A stretch of 64,000 nt of DNA from a virus. The first letter of the stretch is position 1, and the number at the start of each line of letters is the position of its first letter. Where the stretch lies: IMG/VR virus record IMGVR_UViG_3300031134_000007, positions 32,001 to 96,000 of that record. One strand, given 5' to 3'. Position numbers and translations under genes: made by a program. Positions 18,637-28,888 of this stretch are shown piece by piece. Below the pieces are notes generated by a model that was not told the origin of the DNA, did not search any database, and saw nothing but the letters and a program-made list of their open reading frames with translations.

Positions 18637-19356
18637 TTACGAATCAGTTAACCCCAGATTACCGGCACCGAGCTTCTTGTGAGAAGAGTATTCGCCGCTG
18701 GTAATAGGAAGCACGATGATATCTTGGGGGTTACGCAGATCCATTGCTTCGAACCAGTTGTTGTAAATCAGTTTGTAATACCCAGCACGCAATACCGTTG
18801 ATTTGTTCAGCGGCAGCATGTTCCCTTCAGCAATTCGGACGTATGCCTTCACCACCACCTTACGGGGCAGCTTTGCATCACTGGTGGCTTCACGCCCCAC
18901 CTTCGTAAAGAAGATCTCACCAATTGGTGTTGCCGGATAACGCACATGTGCTTTGTTGTACGGTACCAGCCAAACTTCTTCCGTGGAATCCGCATCGCCC
19001 AGGATTTTCTTATTGGGCTTCAAGGCCACTTCATAGTTGATCGCGTAGATCTTCCACCCACCCGACCACTTTTCCGCATCCATTTGTTCCCAGTCGTACA
19101 ACGCCGAACTGTACCCAGACAAACAACCGTTCAAGGTGCCCGCTGTAGAAACACGAGGAACAGAACGGTCCTCCCGATTCATAGTGCGACGCGATACACG
19201 CGGTTCAAATGACTTAAGGCTGTTGTTGGTACTAATGTGGAACACCACCCCCGACGAGTTCGCCGGGGTAAGAATGTCGACATTGTTACCGATGGTATTT
19301 GGCCAATACTCCAAAAACCGACGCATATCCTGCAGGTCAGTGTTATTGTCCACCAT
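18637..19356 (-). CDS. hypothetical protein, possible ADP-ribosyltransferase-like fold
   Basis: VFHIS...FEPR...PRVS.A..L.GCL...T.EVW spacing resembles the H/S/E strands of ARTs; inference only. Confidence 0.4.
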   Translation of the reverse strand: MVDNNTDLQDMRRFLEYWPNTIGNNVDILTPANSSGVVFHISTNNSLKSFEPRVSRRTMNREDRSVPRVSTAGTLNGCLSGYSSALYDWEQMDAEKWSGGWKIYAINYEVALKPNKKILGDADSTEEVWLVPYNKAHVRYPATPIGEIFFTKVGREATSDAKLPRKVVVKAYVRIAEGNMLPLNKSTVLRAGYYKLIYNNWFEAMDLRNPQDIIVLPITSGEYSSHKKLGAGNLGLTDS

Positions 19357-20081
19357 TAGCTCCTCAGCAAGGCTTCTACGCCTTCCACACGATCTGACGG
19401 GTTAATCAATGCAGAAACCACACCATCCTGGAAGTAACTACCAATCAGTTTCGCCACCGTATTCGTTGACGTTACAGCTGGGTTACGCAACCCCACAATG
19501 GTAGGCGGTTTCTTGTACACGTCGGCCAGTGCCTGCGGTACATTACGGTACTGTTTGTTCAGATCTTCAGGGTCACGGGAAATAATGTTAATGATGGTTT
19601 CGAACACTTGCGGGTTCGCACCCATCTTAAAGCCCGCGTACTTCGGTGCCAGATGGAAACACTTCGCCAGGTCAAACAAACTCCACCCATACGGCGCATT
19701 GCCGTTGATGATGAGTTCGTTAAACAAAGGAGGAATGCAACTGTCCGTTTTCGGAATCCAGGTGGTTTCGAATACCGTGCTACCGGGTGCAAACGACAAC
19801 TCATAGTACGGGTTCCCGTCCAGCTTCACCTGACGCACTTCGGTCGGGGTCAAGATCATGATAGCCGGTACCAGGGTTGCACAATAGAAACCACTGTCCG
19901 TTGCCATCACGAACTCACCCACTGACCAGCAGGTTTCACCAACGTTCGCTAACCCTTTGTTAACGTAACGCTGAGGGATGTAGACTTTACACCCCTCACG
20001 GCAAACAACCGAACTGTCGTCAAGTTTGACCAGATTGGCACGGACCTTGTCCCGGTTACGTGTTAAAGATGACAGGTCCAT
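19356..20081 (-). CDS. virion RNA polymerase beta' C-terminal-like subunit (phiKZ gp176 / SPN3US gp244-like)
   Basis: C-terminus GLRNPAVTSTNTVAKLIGSYFQDGVVSAL resembles beta' GITKASL..ESFISAASFQE; synteny. Confidence 0.7.
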   Translation of the reverse strand: MDLSSLTRNRDKVRANLVKLDDSSVVCREGCKVYIPQRYVNKGLANVGETCWSVGEFVMATDSGFYCATLVPAIMILTPTEVRQVKLDGNPYYELSFAPGSTVFETTWIPKTDSCIPPLFNELIINGNAPYGWSLFDLAKCFHLAPKYAGFKMGANPQVFETIINIISRDPEDLNKQYRNVPQALADVYKKPPTIVGLRNPAVTSTNTVAKLIGSYFQDGVVSALINPSDRVEGVEALLRS

Positions 20082-20090
20082 GGGTTACCC

Positions 20091-21617
20091 TTACGATTGG
20101 AAGTTGTAGTAAACGTCGTTCATCAGTGATTTGATGACCATATCCATAACGACATGCGACGCGATGGCTTTTGGTGACAGTGTCTGATCCGGGTAGTTGT
20201 TCATTGCAGTAATGAACTCATCCACACGCAGGCGGCAATAGATGAATGACGCGAAGACGTAGGTGATGACCTTGTCCAGGTTGTCGCTGGTGTTAACCGG
20301 CAGTCCACTGGCCAGGTAATTCTGAATGTCGCGGATCATGTCTTGCTTGGTGCAGTCCGGGTTGATTTTAGCCCAGTAATCCTGGTCGATGTTCACCACG
20401 TGCTTAATCGCCGCTTTGGTCAGCGCTTCCATGGTGAAACGGTGTTTGCTCGACACCGCCATACCGGTGTAGGTACTCACCACGTTGTTGTACGCCGCTT
20501 CGTACTGCGGACGCATTTCCAGAATGGTACGACCAGACACCTGACGCTGAGAGAACACGTTACCAATGATGGCTTCAATCGACCCGCCTTCTTGCAGGTA
20601 CCATTTATGTACATCACCGTTCAGCAGGATGTTGTCGGTTTTCTGACCCAGCTGCCAGTTGCGAACAATTGGCATGTTGATGATCAGGGTTTTGTTTTCC
20701 ACCGCAGCCACACGTGCACGGTAAACACGACCGATCACTTTACCGAAGTGGGCTTTGAACGCAGAGATTGCCAGGTTGTACGTTGGCAGGTCCATACCCC
20801 ACTGCACGCCTGCCACTGGATTGTCATACAGGGCGTTGGCTAACAGGAAGCCAGACAGAATCGCGTCGTAACCTTTACGGGTATCCAGAGCATCGCCCAG
20901 GGTACCGGCATTCAGCACACGACCGTTGCCGCTATTACCGAGCATGCGGCTCAGGAAACGGAAGTCATCAGAATCAGACACCGGCTGACCCTGGAACCAG
21001 ATTTGCCAGATGGCAGACAGGTGGCCCGGGATCTCTTTGTCTTCACGTGCAATAAAGTCACGCACTTCCTGAGAACCCGAATTCACCAGCGCGTGCAGTT
21101 GCTCATCGCTGAGGGTCGGCAGTGAAACAGAAGGCATACCAACCAGATCGACTTTGTCGTACTGGGTAGCAATACCGTCAACCAACGCACCGGCCCACAG
21201 TGGGTCGTAGTTATACACATCGACCTCAGGAATGATCGAGCGCGCTTGTGCGTTATCGGCCACGTACTGGTCAATGTATTCACGCGTGGCATTGATCGCC
21301 GGAATAACCACTTCACGTGCGTTGGTGATCATGCCCTTCACGCCGGCTGCAATACACTGCGCCGCACGTGCCTGAACAAAGCCGTGTTCAGAAGGCAGAA
21401 TGATAGGCAGGTTTTCAGAATCACGACGACCTGTGTCAACCGGAGAGGACACCGCCATCAGGGTTTCTGCAACAGTGGCGTCATCAGCGTGCAGGGTTGC
21501 ACTCGCCATGGTCAGGTTTCCAATCGGTGAACCTGCACAGGTTTCCAAACGGATATTGCGTTCGGAGAGCATTTCAGCAAGCGGCATAATAGCCGTTACT
21601 ACTTGTTTCTTCAGCAT
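20091..21617 (-). CDS. virion head protein (phiKZ gp177-like)
   Basis: 508 aa, conserved position in the vRNAP/protease block. Confidence 0.6.
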   Translation of the reverse strand: MLKKQVVTAIMPLAEMLSERNIRLETCAGSPIGNLTMASATLHADDATVAETLMAVSSPVDTGRRDSENLPIILPSEHGFVQARAAQCIAAGVKGMITNAREVVIPAINATREYIDQYVADNAQARSIIPEVDVYNYDPLWAGALVDGIATQYDKVDLVGMPSVSLPTLSDEQLHALVNSGSQEVRDFIAREDKEIPGHLSAIWQIWFQGQPVSDSDDFRFLSRMLGNSGNGRVLNAGTLGDALDTRKGYDAILSGFLLANALYDNPVAGVQWGMDLPTYNLAISAFKAHFGKVIGRVYRARVAAVENKTLIINMPIVRNWQLGQKTDNILLNGDVHKWYLQEGGSIEAIIGNVFSQRQVSGRTILEMRPQYEAAYNNVVSTYTGMAVSSKHRFTMEALTKAAIKHVVNIDQDYWAKINPDCTKQDMIRDIQNYLASGLPVNTSDNLDKVITYVFASFIYCRLRVDEFITAMNNYPDQTLSPKAIASHVVMDMVIKSLMNDVYYNFQS

Positions 21618-21629
21618 GACGCGTCCTTA

Positions 21630-21827
21630 TTAAACAGCAGGGGCCGAGATCAGCAGTGGGGAAACGATGTTCTGCAGTTTAGCAGCCACCAGGTTAGGTA
21701 ATGCGTCTGGGTCGTTAACAACGCTGAGATCCGCAATTTCATTACCGCTGATGGCTTCCATTACTGCGCCAGTGGTTGCGACAATGTTTGCCAGAACGTT
21801 GGCGTTCTCATAAAGCTTCGTGGACAT
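21630..21827 (-). CDS. small conserved hypothetical protein
   Basis: 65 aa, AAGGAG RBS. Confidence 0.65.
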   Translation of the reverse strand: MSTKLYENANVLANIVATTGAVMEAISGNEIADLSVVNDPDALPNLVAAKLQNIVSPLLISAPAV

Positions 21828-21874
21828 ACTCTCTCCTTAAAAGGACAGGAGGCGGTTTCCCACCTCCCATTAAA

Positions 21875-22558
21875 TTACAGCGGACGACGGAACTGTGGTT
21901 GCAGACCCCGCGCTAACTTCTCCAGCACTTTCCCCGCGGCTTCCGCTTTGGTGATGGCACCGTCTTTGTCAGCATCCAGGCCTTTGTTCTGCAGGTAAGT
22001 CGTAGGACGACCTTCTTTGGTCCACAGCACGAAGTTCTCAGGTTTGCCTACTGCGGCTGGCCACAAGATCTTCATGTAAAGGTCACTCACGGTCATGAGT
22101 TTACCGGTCAACGGTTTGAAGTACAGATACACGTACTCCAGCTGCTGTTCGGCTGTCATTTTCACGAGTGCTTCTACTGTGGTACCGCAGTCCGTTGCAG
22201 CCGCTTTGCCAAACTGAATGAGACCGTAATAAGGTGCGCCTGCGCCGTTCTTAATCGTCGGGCTGAAGGTTTCCCCAGTCTCAAACGCCATGCACGCCAT
22301 GAGCATGCTGGCACCACCTTCTGGCATCTTCAACTGCTGTGCCATGAGACGCACACGCGCAGAGAACGCCGGTGACACTTTTGCACTCCAGGCGATGTCA
22401 AGATCAAGACCACCCAGAGGCGCCAGTGGTTTACCGGCATTGATGTAAGCGGTTAGCGCACCTTGGGAACCGTTCCCCCAGATGCCATCAACAACACCGG
22501 TATAGAAACCGGCGTCTTTTAGCTGCTGCTGCAGACTACGGACTTTTTGCTCGTTCAC
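21875..22558 (-). CDS. modular endolysin: N-terminal peptidoglycan-binding domain plus lysozyme-like/transglycosylase domain
   Basis: V..LQ..L...GFY.G.VDGIWG (PG_binding_1); MAFET catalytic Glu, GLIQF; EF-hand-like DADKDGAITKAE. Confidence 0.85.
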   Translation of the reverse strand: MNEQKVRSLQQQLKDAGFYTGVVDGIWGNGSQGALTAYINAGKPLAPLGGLDLDIAWSAKVSPAFSARVRLMAQQLKMPEGGASMLMACMAFETGETFSPTIKNGAGAPYYGLIQFGKAAATDCGTTVEALVKMTAEQQLEYVYLYFKPLTGKLMTVSDLYMKILWPAAVGKPENFVLWTKEGRPTTYLQNKGLDADKDGAITKAEAAGKVLEKLARGLQPQFRRPL

Positions 22559-22561
22559 GAT

Positions 22562-25500
22562 TTACTCCTGCAGTGAATGGCGTAACTTGATTGCGTTTTT
22601 GGTCACCGTGTACAAGTAGGAGTTCATGGCACCGATGATGTACGGCGAGGTCACCATACGGTTCGCGATCGACAGGTTGGAGAAGATTGCTCCCACTTCC
22701 AGACCGTTGACCGTGGTGATGCGTTCGTCGTAGATGTAACCAAAGGTTGATTTCATCTGGTTGGCAAACACACCTTTATCACCGATAATGGTTGGCATAG
22801 GCACGATCAGGTAAACGTAGATCACCGCTTGTTTGTTCTCAAGCGTGTCACCACCAATACGCAGACCACCCATAACCTCACCGGTTTCCGCTTTACTGCC
22901 ACGCATCTGACGATTCAGTTTGCGGCGTTCGCGGTCAGACCGGTTAGCCACAATGGCCAGGGACTCCGACATGTCCTCAATGCTACCCCGATACAGCACC
23001 TCAATTTTTGCGACACGACCGGTAGCTTTCGCTTTCGGGTTGTCGTTGCCAAAGACACGAAGACCGTCGTAACTGCCGTCGTCATCCAGGCCAAGCTGGG
23101 CGCTCACCAGGTTCTCCAGGGTACATAAGATTGTTTCCTGATCGACTTCGTCACCGACCGTTACCAGGTTACGTACCTCTTGATCGAAGTTAACCAGAAT
23201 CGGAATTGGCTTACCGGTAAAGGTTGCCAGTTCCTTACCTACACCACGATAAATCATCGAGGAGTCTTCGTAGGTAAACTGATCTTCCATCAACGCTGTG
23301 TTGACCATCACCCCGCCTTTCCACGAGACCTGTGTAGGTTCCATGAAATCGCGCTCGAAGTAGTTGCGGTTCCAAACGATCACATGACCTTTCTTCACCG
23401 TGTCGCCCGCTTTCATATCGGTAACAATCTCATGCACATACATCGTACCTGAGGCTGACCCAAACCGTGTTCCGATTTCGACACCCACCACACGATCACC
23501 GTAATCAACCAGTACGTGCTTGTCGCTGACTTCTGTGATCACCCCATCCCCTTCTGCAGGGTAGGCAAAGATCTTGGTGACGCGGTGCGCCAGCATACGC
23601 TCAGCACCGGTACGGTACGGCGTAGTTTTGTATCCCACCGCATACATACCCTGGGAGTGCTGGACCGAGGTAAACATCACACGTTGTGGCGAATCACGGT
23701 CAGAGCCTGGGTTAAGCATGGCAGTAAAGGAGACCAAACTTGCTGGGTTGGTTTCATCGGTGGCAGCTTGAGCGTTTCCGCGCAGGTCTGTCAACAACGG
23801 ATCACCCACCATGTGTGCAGTGTAACCAACATCGGAGTTATCCACCGACGACTCAGAGACCACGCCCAGGTTATCAGGAATGAATTCACGAGTAGGTTTG
23901 GTCATGGAACGCGCAGTACGTCCGCCAGTACCACCAAAGGTGACTACCGAGTAATCCTTGGAGCTGTGGACGGGGTTGCACTCTTCGACCGGGGTGGTTG
24001 CAGTGTCGTCAAGCAACGCGTACCACACCGCATCCGGATGAAGTTCCAGTCCGGCTTTGGTAGCGACGGCTCGTGCTTTCAATTGACGGGTTGCTTTCAC
24101 CAGTTCATTGTACACCGCACCAGCCACACGCTCGGAACCACGCACACGTTGTTCACGCATTGAGGTCTCACGAATGTGTTGATCGTTTAGCAGCATCTTA
24201 ACCGCATGCAGCAGTAACAGATCCCAGCGGGTTGGCGCACCCATGCGTTTCAGTTCTTCACGCGTAATCGGGTCAATGAACATATCACGCATCAGATCGA
24301 GTTCACGCACCCAGCGCACACCCATACCAGCTGACGCCAGTAAGTTGGAGTACACGGATTTACGGTCAAAGTCGTAGCGGCTAAAACGCTGCACTTCTTT
24401 GTCGTAATAGTTGAACCCGTTCAGCAGCATCGCGGCAAAGCGGTCACTGCGGTTGAACACCAGCACCTCATCGTTAAAGGTAACGGTACGTTCATCCGCG
24501 GTCAGGTTAAGACGCTCACCACGCTGAGCAATACGAACCTGCAACTGCAGTTGTTCGATCATCACCGACAAGCCGTAGTAGTAGGCCAGAATCACACCCA
24601 CGGGAATGGCTTTACGGAAGACCTGCAGCTCCACAGTTTCCACCGGTGCTTTAGCGGCATCTAACCCTAAGAAGGTTTCGAAGTCACCCAGCTGTTCCAA
24701 TGAATCCCCGTTGGCCAGATACAGCGCACCCGAGTCATCCATCAGTACCGGGCTGCCTTGACGGTGTCCACAGATTGCCAGCTTGTTTGCGTAGTACCGA
24801 TCCCACAGCTCTTCACCAAACTGGGCTTTGATCTGTTTGATGGAGAACAGGAACGAGATACCCTGATAGTCGAACCCTTTATAGCGCTGAGAGATGACCG
24901 CGTACGTATGTGGCACCCGAACACTGGATACAAAGTAACGCCCAATCACCAGATTAGAAACCGGCGGCTCGTACGTTGAATCGCTTGGGTTAGCCAGTGA
25001 CATCAAGTTAATGCGGTTGCCCAGCCACTTACCGTAGTCATGCACCGCCTTCTCAGAACGGGTCATGAAGCTCTTACCGTAATAAGAGGTCATGGAGACT
25101 TTGGTAGAGGAGACTTTGCGAATCGGAATATCAACACGCTGTTTACGCACACGGCTCTTAACGTTATTCACCAACGTGGTGCCGTCTTCTTCGAGCTTTG
25201 GTACACGGAAACGAATCGTGCTGACCTTCCCACCCACGGGCTGCACTTGCACGGCATAGACGACATACGCGGTGACTGCATCCTGTTTCTCTTCGCGCTG
25301 GTAGTCGAGTACCGCTACACCTGCACCCATCACCGACATCACCGCGTTCGCAATGTCAGATTCCAGGACGTTGTTGATGTAGTTCTTGTCGAGGTTAACC
25401 AGACAAGTGGTCAGCATGCCTTTATTCAGGATACTGATTGAGTCAGGCGCCTCACCACCGGAGAGATCCGTCAACACTGTCGGGTCAATCTTCATCAGAT

Positions 25501-27223
25501 CAGCCAGTGTGCCTTCGCCCACCGGGTTAGGGATGTTTTTGTACTGTTCAGCCAGGCGTTGGAAACGTTTGTATTCCGCTGCTGACAACATCCCTGCGTC
25601 GGCCAACACTTCCACCTGTGCCAGGACACCGTCTTCCGGTTTTGCTTCCACGTTGTTATTGGGAACGACTTGTGCAACCCGGCCTTCACGGTCATGGTTG
25701 AATTCATCGTCCGCAATCTCGTCACCAAAGCTACGTTGTTCGTAGACTTCAATGTCGGTCAGTGGCTCATCACCGTCGGTCTTCTTGGCCGCAGCAGGTT
25801 TAACCGGTTCAGGTTCATCCAGTGTTGGGATATCCACACCGAACACTGAAACAGGTTTAGCAACCGGTGCCGGTGCATCTTCTTCATCAATCTCCGGTTC
25901 TGCACCCTCGGTCTGTTGAGCCGCCGGTGGGGCAATCGCCTCAATGACTTCAGGCTGCTCCGCTTCTTCGCTGATTGATGTGCCGCCGGTTTTCACTTCG
26001 AACAACTTGGTCATGAACTTCAGCATGTGTTTGCGGAAGTTGTCCAGACCGTTGTTGCCCTTTGACTGTTTCAGGATCTCTTCACGCCACTTTTCAATGA
26101 CATCAAGACGTACCACAGTGTACGCGCCCACGTTACCAAATACCAGGTGGATCTTTTCCAACTGTTTCGGATCGTGATCAAGCATGCTGAACAGGGACGC
26201 TTCACGGTTACTCCCTAACCATAGCCAAAAGTGAATGAACCAATAATCATTCGCCGTACGCAGACGGTTCATGACTGACATCTGCAGTTCAGGCTTAAAG
26301 CGCATGACACGTGACTGGAACGCGCCCAGGGCTTCCATGCCGGCAGACAGATCGGTCAACAGCGGCTCGTAGTTCGGCAAGGTGCTCGGGATCAGGAAGA
26401 CTTCATTCCCGGTTGCCATGCGGATCAAGGTATCCAGTAACCGACCATCTTGGTTACTGATACGCGCACCCGGTTCCCACGCTTGGTCAGACGCGCCGTA
26501 ATACGCATCACGGGTATCTTCGAACGCTTCGAGTGCCGCATCAATTAACATACCCTGGTCGTAGTCATCCAAGCTTTCCAGACCCGCACCGTACCACTGA
26601 CTCACGGGTACGCCGTCCATCCAGGCTTCGGTACCCACGCCCTGAATCTTGTCCAACCCTTTTGCCATACGCTCATCGTAGACACGCAGCTGTGACAGCT
26701 GAGGCAGTGACGCCGGCATCTGTAAATAGATGAACTGGTTACGCTCAGACTCTTTCTGGATGTTGGTCATCCGTTCCATCACGGTGTACTGCATGTTGTA
26801 CCAGCGGAAGTAGTTCACGAACATCGCTGGACGATAGGTCAACTGGTGTTGTGCCATCGCGTAGTTTTCAACAATACAGTAGCGCTGGTTCGCCATCACT
26901 GACGCAATGTTACGGACCAGCTTGAAACGTTTGTGACGGTTATGATACTGCTTGATCATGTTGTTCAACGACAACGTCTTGACCTGGGGATTCCCCAGAG
27001 GCGTTTTGATTTGACGCACATGGTCAATATAGACGTCATCGCTGTACTTGTTAATCAGCAGGTCATTTTGCTCGATACCGTATTCGGTCAGATCCGATGG
27101 GACGTAGTGCAGTAATGCGCCACGGGGTAGTTCAAAGTCAGCCAGCGGGAAGAAGTGCGGGCTGAATACGTGCTCTTTCTTTCGCACACAGATCTTACGA
27201 AAGAAGCTATTATACAAAATCAT
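22562..27223 (-). CDS. virion RNA polymerase beta subunit, N-terminal part (phiKZ gp178-like)
   Basis: 1553 aa; beta motifs TFGGTGG, DSPQR, YEDS, GDKGVFANQMKST. Confidence 0.92.
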   Translation of the reverse strand: MILYNSFFRKICVRKKEHVFSPHFFPLADFELPRGALLHYVPSDLTEYGIEQNDLLINKYSDDVYIDHVRQIKTPLGNPQVKTLSLNNMIKQYHNRHKRFKLVRNIASVMANQRYCIVENYAMAQHQLTYRPAMFVNYFRWYNMQYTVMERMTNIQKESERNQFIYLQMPASLPQLSQLRVYDERMAKGLDKIQGVGTEAWMDGVPVSQWYGAGLESLDDYDQGMLIDAALEAFEDTRDAYYGASDQAWEPGARISNQDGRLLDTLIRMATGNEVFLIPSTLPNYEPLLTDLSAGMEALGAFQSRVMRFKPELQMSVMNRLRTANDYWFIHFWLWLGSNREASLFSMLDHDPKQLEKIHLVFGNVGAYTVVRLDVIEKWREEILKQSKGNNGLDNFRKHMLKFMTKLFEVKTGGTSISEEAEQPEVIEAIAPPAAQQTEGAEPEIDEEDAPAPVAKPVSVFGVDIPTLDEPEPVKPAAAKKTDGDEPLTDIEVYEQRSFGDEIADDEFNHDREGRVAQVVPNNNVEAKPEDGVLAQVEVLADAGMLSAAEYKRFQRLAEQYKNIPNPVGEGTLADLMKIDPTVLTDLSGGEAPDSISILNKGMLTTCLVNLDKNYINNVLESDIANAVMSVMGAGVAVLDYQREEKQDAVTAYVVYAVQVQPVGGKVSTIRFRVPKLEEDGTTLVNNVKSRVRKQRVDIPIRKVSSTKVSMTSYYGKSFMTRSEKAVHDYGKWLGNRINLMSLANPSDSTYEPPVSNLVIGRYFVSSVRVPHTYAVISQRYKGFDYQGISFLFSIKQIKAQFGEELWDRYYANKLAICGHRQGSPVLMDDSGALYLANGDSLEQLGDFETFLGLDAAKAPVETVELQVFRKAIPVGVILAYYYGLSVMIEQLQLQVRIAQRGERLNLTADERTVTFNDEVLVFNRSDRFAAMLLNGFNYYDKEVQRFSRYDFDRKSVYSNLLASAGMGVRWVRELDLMRDMFIDPITREELKRMGAPTRWDLLLLHAVKMLLNDQHIRETSMREQRVRGSERVAGAVYNELVKATRQLKARAVATKAGLELHPDAVWYALLDDTATTPVEECNPVHSSKDYSVVTFGGTGGRTARSMTKPTREFIPDNLGVVSESSVDNSDVGYTAHMVGDPLLTDLRGNAQAATDETNPASLVSFTAMLNPGSDRDSPQRVMFTSVQHSQGMYAVGYKTTPYRTGAERMLAHRVTKIFAYPAEGDGVITEVSDKHVLVDYGDRVVGVEIGTRFGSASGTMYVHEIVTDMKAGDTVKKGHVIVWNRNYFERDFMEPTQVSWKGGVMVNTALMEDQFTYEDSSMIYRGVGKELATFTGKPIPILVNFDQEVRNLVTVGDEVDQETILCTLENLVSAQLGLDDDGSYDGLRVFGNDNPKAKATGRVAKIEVLYRGSIEDMSESLAIVANRSDRERRKLNRQMRGSKAETGEVMGGLRIGGDTLENKQAVIYVYLIVPMPTIIGDKGVFANQMKSTFGYIYDERITTVNGLEVGAIFSNLSIANRMVTSPYIIGAMNSYLYTVTKNAIKLRHSLQE

Positions 27224-27233
27224 AAAGGGTCCC

Positions 27234-28850
27234 TTAGCTGGTAAGAGCTTTTAATACGAAATCCAGGGTATCGTTGGTTAAGTCGATTAAGAATTCACCA
27301 CGACCTGTGATGTACGTTTCTCGTTTCGCTAACGACTCTCGGCATTCACGCAGGACGTCATCACCTAACAGCACCGTTGCGCCACAGGTGTCACCGTCGT
27401 GGTCCGCACCCAACAGCCCCATACGGGACGCGTGCATGGACAGTGATTCCATGAACTCCGCTTCGCGTTCATTGGTTGGGAACTCAATAGCATAGGCGCC
27501 TTCAATAGGCTCCCAGTATTCGTCACGTTCCTGCTTGACCGATGATTTCAAGGTGGTGCAGCAATACGCTTTGGTTTGGTAAACTGAACCCATGCCTGTG
27601 ATAGGATAACGCACCACCAACATGTACAGATCGTTCCAGCGTTTGTAGCCGGACAAGTACATGAGTTCGGTGTACGTCATGGGGTGCACGTACTTCTTAT
27701 CGAAGTTCGCTGGCAGTTCACTGATGTCGCCAAAGACCTTAAAGGTGTGCTGATCGCTGTACACCAATCCCAGGTAATACCCGTTCACCGTGATGGGTTT
27801 GTTACGCAAGGTAGAGTCACGGAAACCGTTGATCAGTTTCTCTAACCCTTCTTGTGTGGTCCATTTGGTTAAAGTCGTGACATCAATCTCGACATCACTG
27901 GCAGTCAACGTCTTGCGATCAATCAGACGCGCTAACGTACCTGAGGAGAAGACCTGTGATAACCAGCCGGTCTGCAACAAATGAATGGTTAACGGCAGGG
28001 CACCACGAATCAATTGATAAAGACCAATACGGGTGTCGTTGATGTCCGGTGCCGTTTTAGACCCAAGCGTTGCAGTGCCTAACTGAACAGCAGTGATAAC
28101 GTTACGCGTGCCGTTGAATACCCGGCGGCTACCCCATTTCTGCTGAAGTAAACCACGCTTACCGGACAACATACCCGCATAGTACTCGTAGAGCTCGTTA
28201 AACCGGTTCTGCAGCGTCCAACGTGCTGTGTCATACAAACTCCCGTTTGCAAGCTCCGGATCGTCTGTGATGGTGTTAGCGGCGCTTAACAGCTTACGGT
28301 ACATATCGTTGACTTCGTTCTCAACGGTACGACCACGCTCATCAATCTGGATCTCACGTAAGCCGGCAGGCAACACCAGGATGTTGCGGTGCATGGCGCG
28401 GTCTTTATATTTGTTAACCAGCTTGATTTTATCACTGCGTTTCGGGGAGCCAGTCTCTTTGAATTCGATGTCTTTCCAGTGCTTGACAAAGAAGGCAAAA
28501 CCGGTTTGACCCTCAAGTGCGGATGATTTTATGAAGTCCTTTTCATTTTCATCCCACACCGCGTATGTGTTACCCGAAAGGATACCGGCGTACATCTGTT
28601 TCAAAGCCACGATGCTCTTAAACATCTCTGGGTGGAAAACAGAACTTTTAATGTGGATGTAACTGAAACGCTCGTCACGTTCCTCGGAACCCACACGACC
28701 GAAGATCGGGATGGAGTATAAACCGCTGTCGTTGAGGTCGGTGGTGAGGCCGTCGTAAATGTCTAACGACGTTACCGGTCGCATCATCGCCCACGGAATA
28801 CGCTGCGGGTTGGTTAATTCAATGTTAAAAGGCAGCATAGCCGATCGCAT
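27234..28850 (-). CDS. virion RNA polymerase beta' subunit with the catalytic loop (phiKZ gp180-like)
   Basis: GLYSIPIFG, LVLPAGLR, GKRG, RYP and ADHDGD metal-binding motif. Confidence 0.93.
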   Translation of the reverse strand: MRSAMLPFNIELTNPQRIPWAMMRPVTSLDIYDGLTTDLNDSGLYSIPIFGRVGSEERDERFSYIHIKSSVFHPEMFKSIVALKQMYAGILSGNTYAVWDENEKDFIKSSALEGQTGFAFFVKHWKDIEFKETGSPKRSDKIKLVNKYKDRAMHRNILVLPAGLREIQIDERGRTVENEVNDMYRKLLSAANTITDDPELANGSLYDTARWTLQNRFNELYEYYAGMLSGKRGLLQQKWGSRRVFNGTRNVITAVQLGTATLGSKTAPDINDTRIGLYQLIRGALPLTIHLLQTGWLSQVFSSGTLARLIDRKTLTASDVEIDVTTLTKWTTQEGLEKLINGFRDSTLRNKPITVNGYYLGLVYSDQHTFKVFGDISELPANFDKKYVHPMTYTELMYLSGYKRWNDLYMLVVRYPITGMGSVYQTKAYCCTTLKSSVKQERDEYWEPIEGAYAIEFPTNEREAEFMESLSMHASRMGLLGADHDGDTCGATVLLGDDVLRECRESLAKRETYITGRGEFLIDLTNDTLDFVLKALTS

Positions 28851-28888
28851 AATGGTGTCCTTTATTAGTCACGTAAAAGGGTGTTCAA

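Noticed and set aside
987-28850. Introns or inteins in terminase or RNAP genes
   Set aside because: ORFs are continuous; no intein or homing-endonuclease motifs seen
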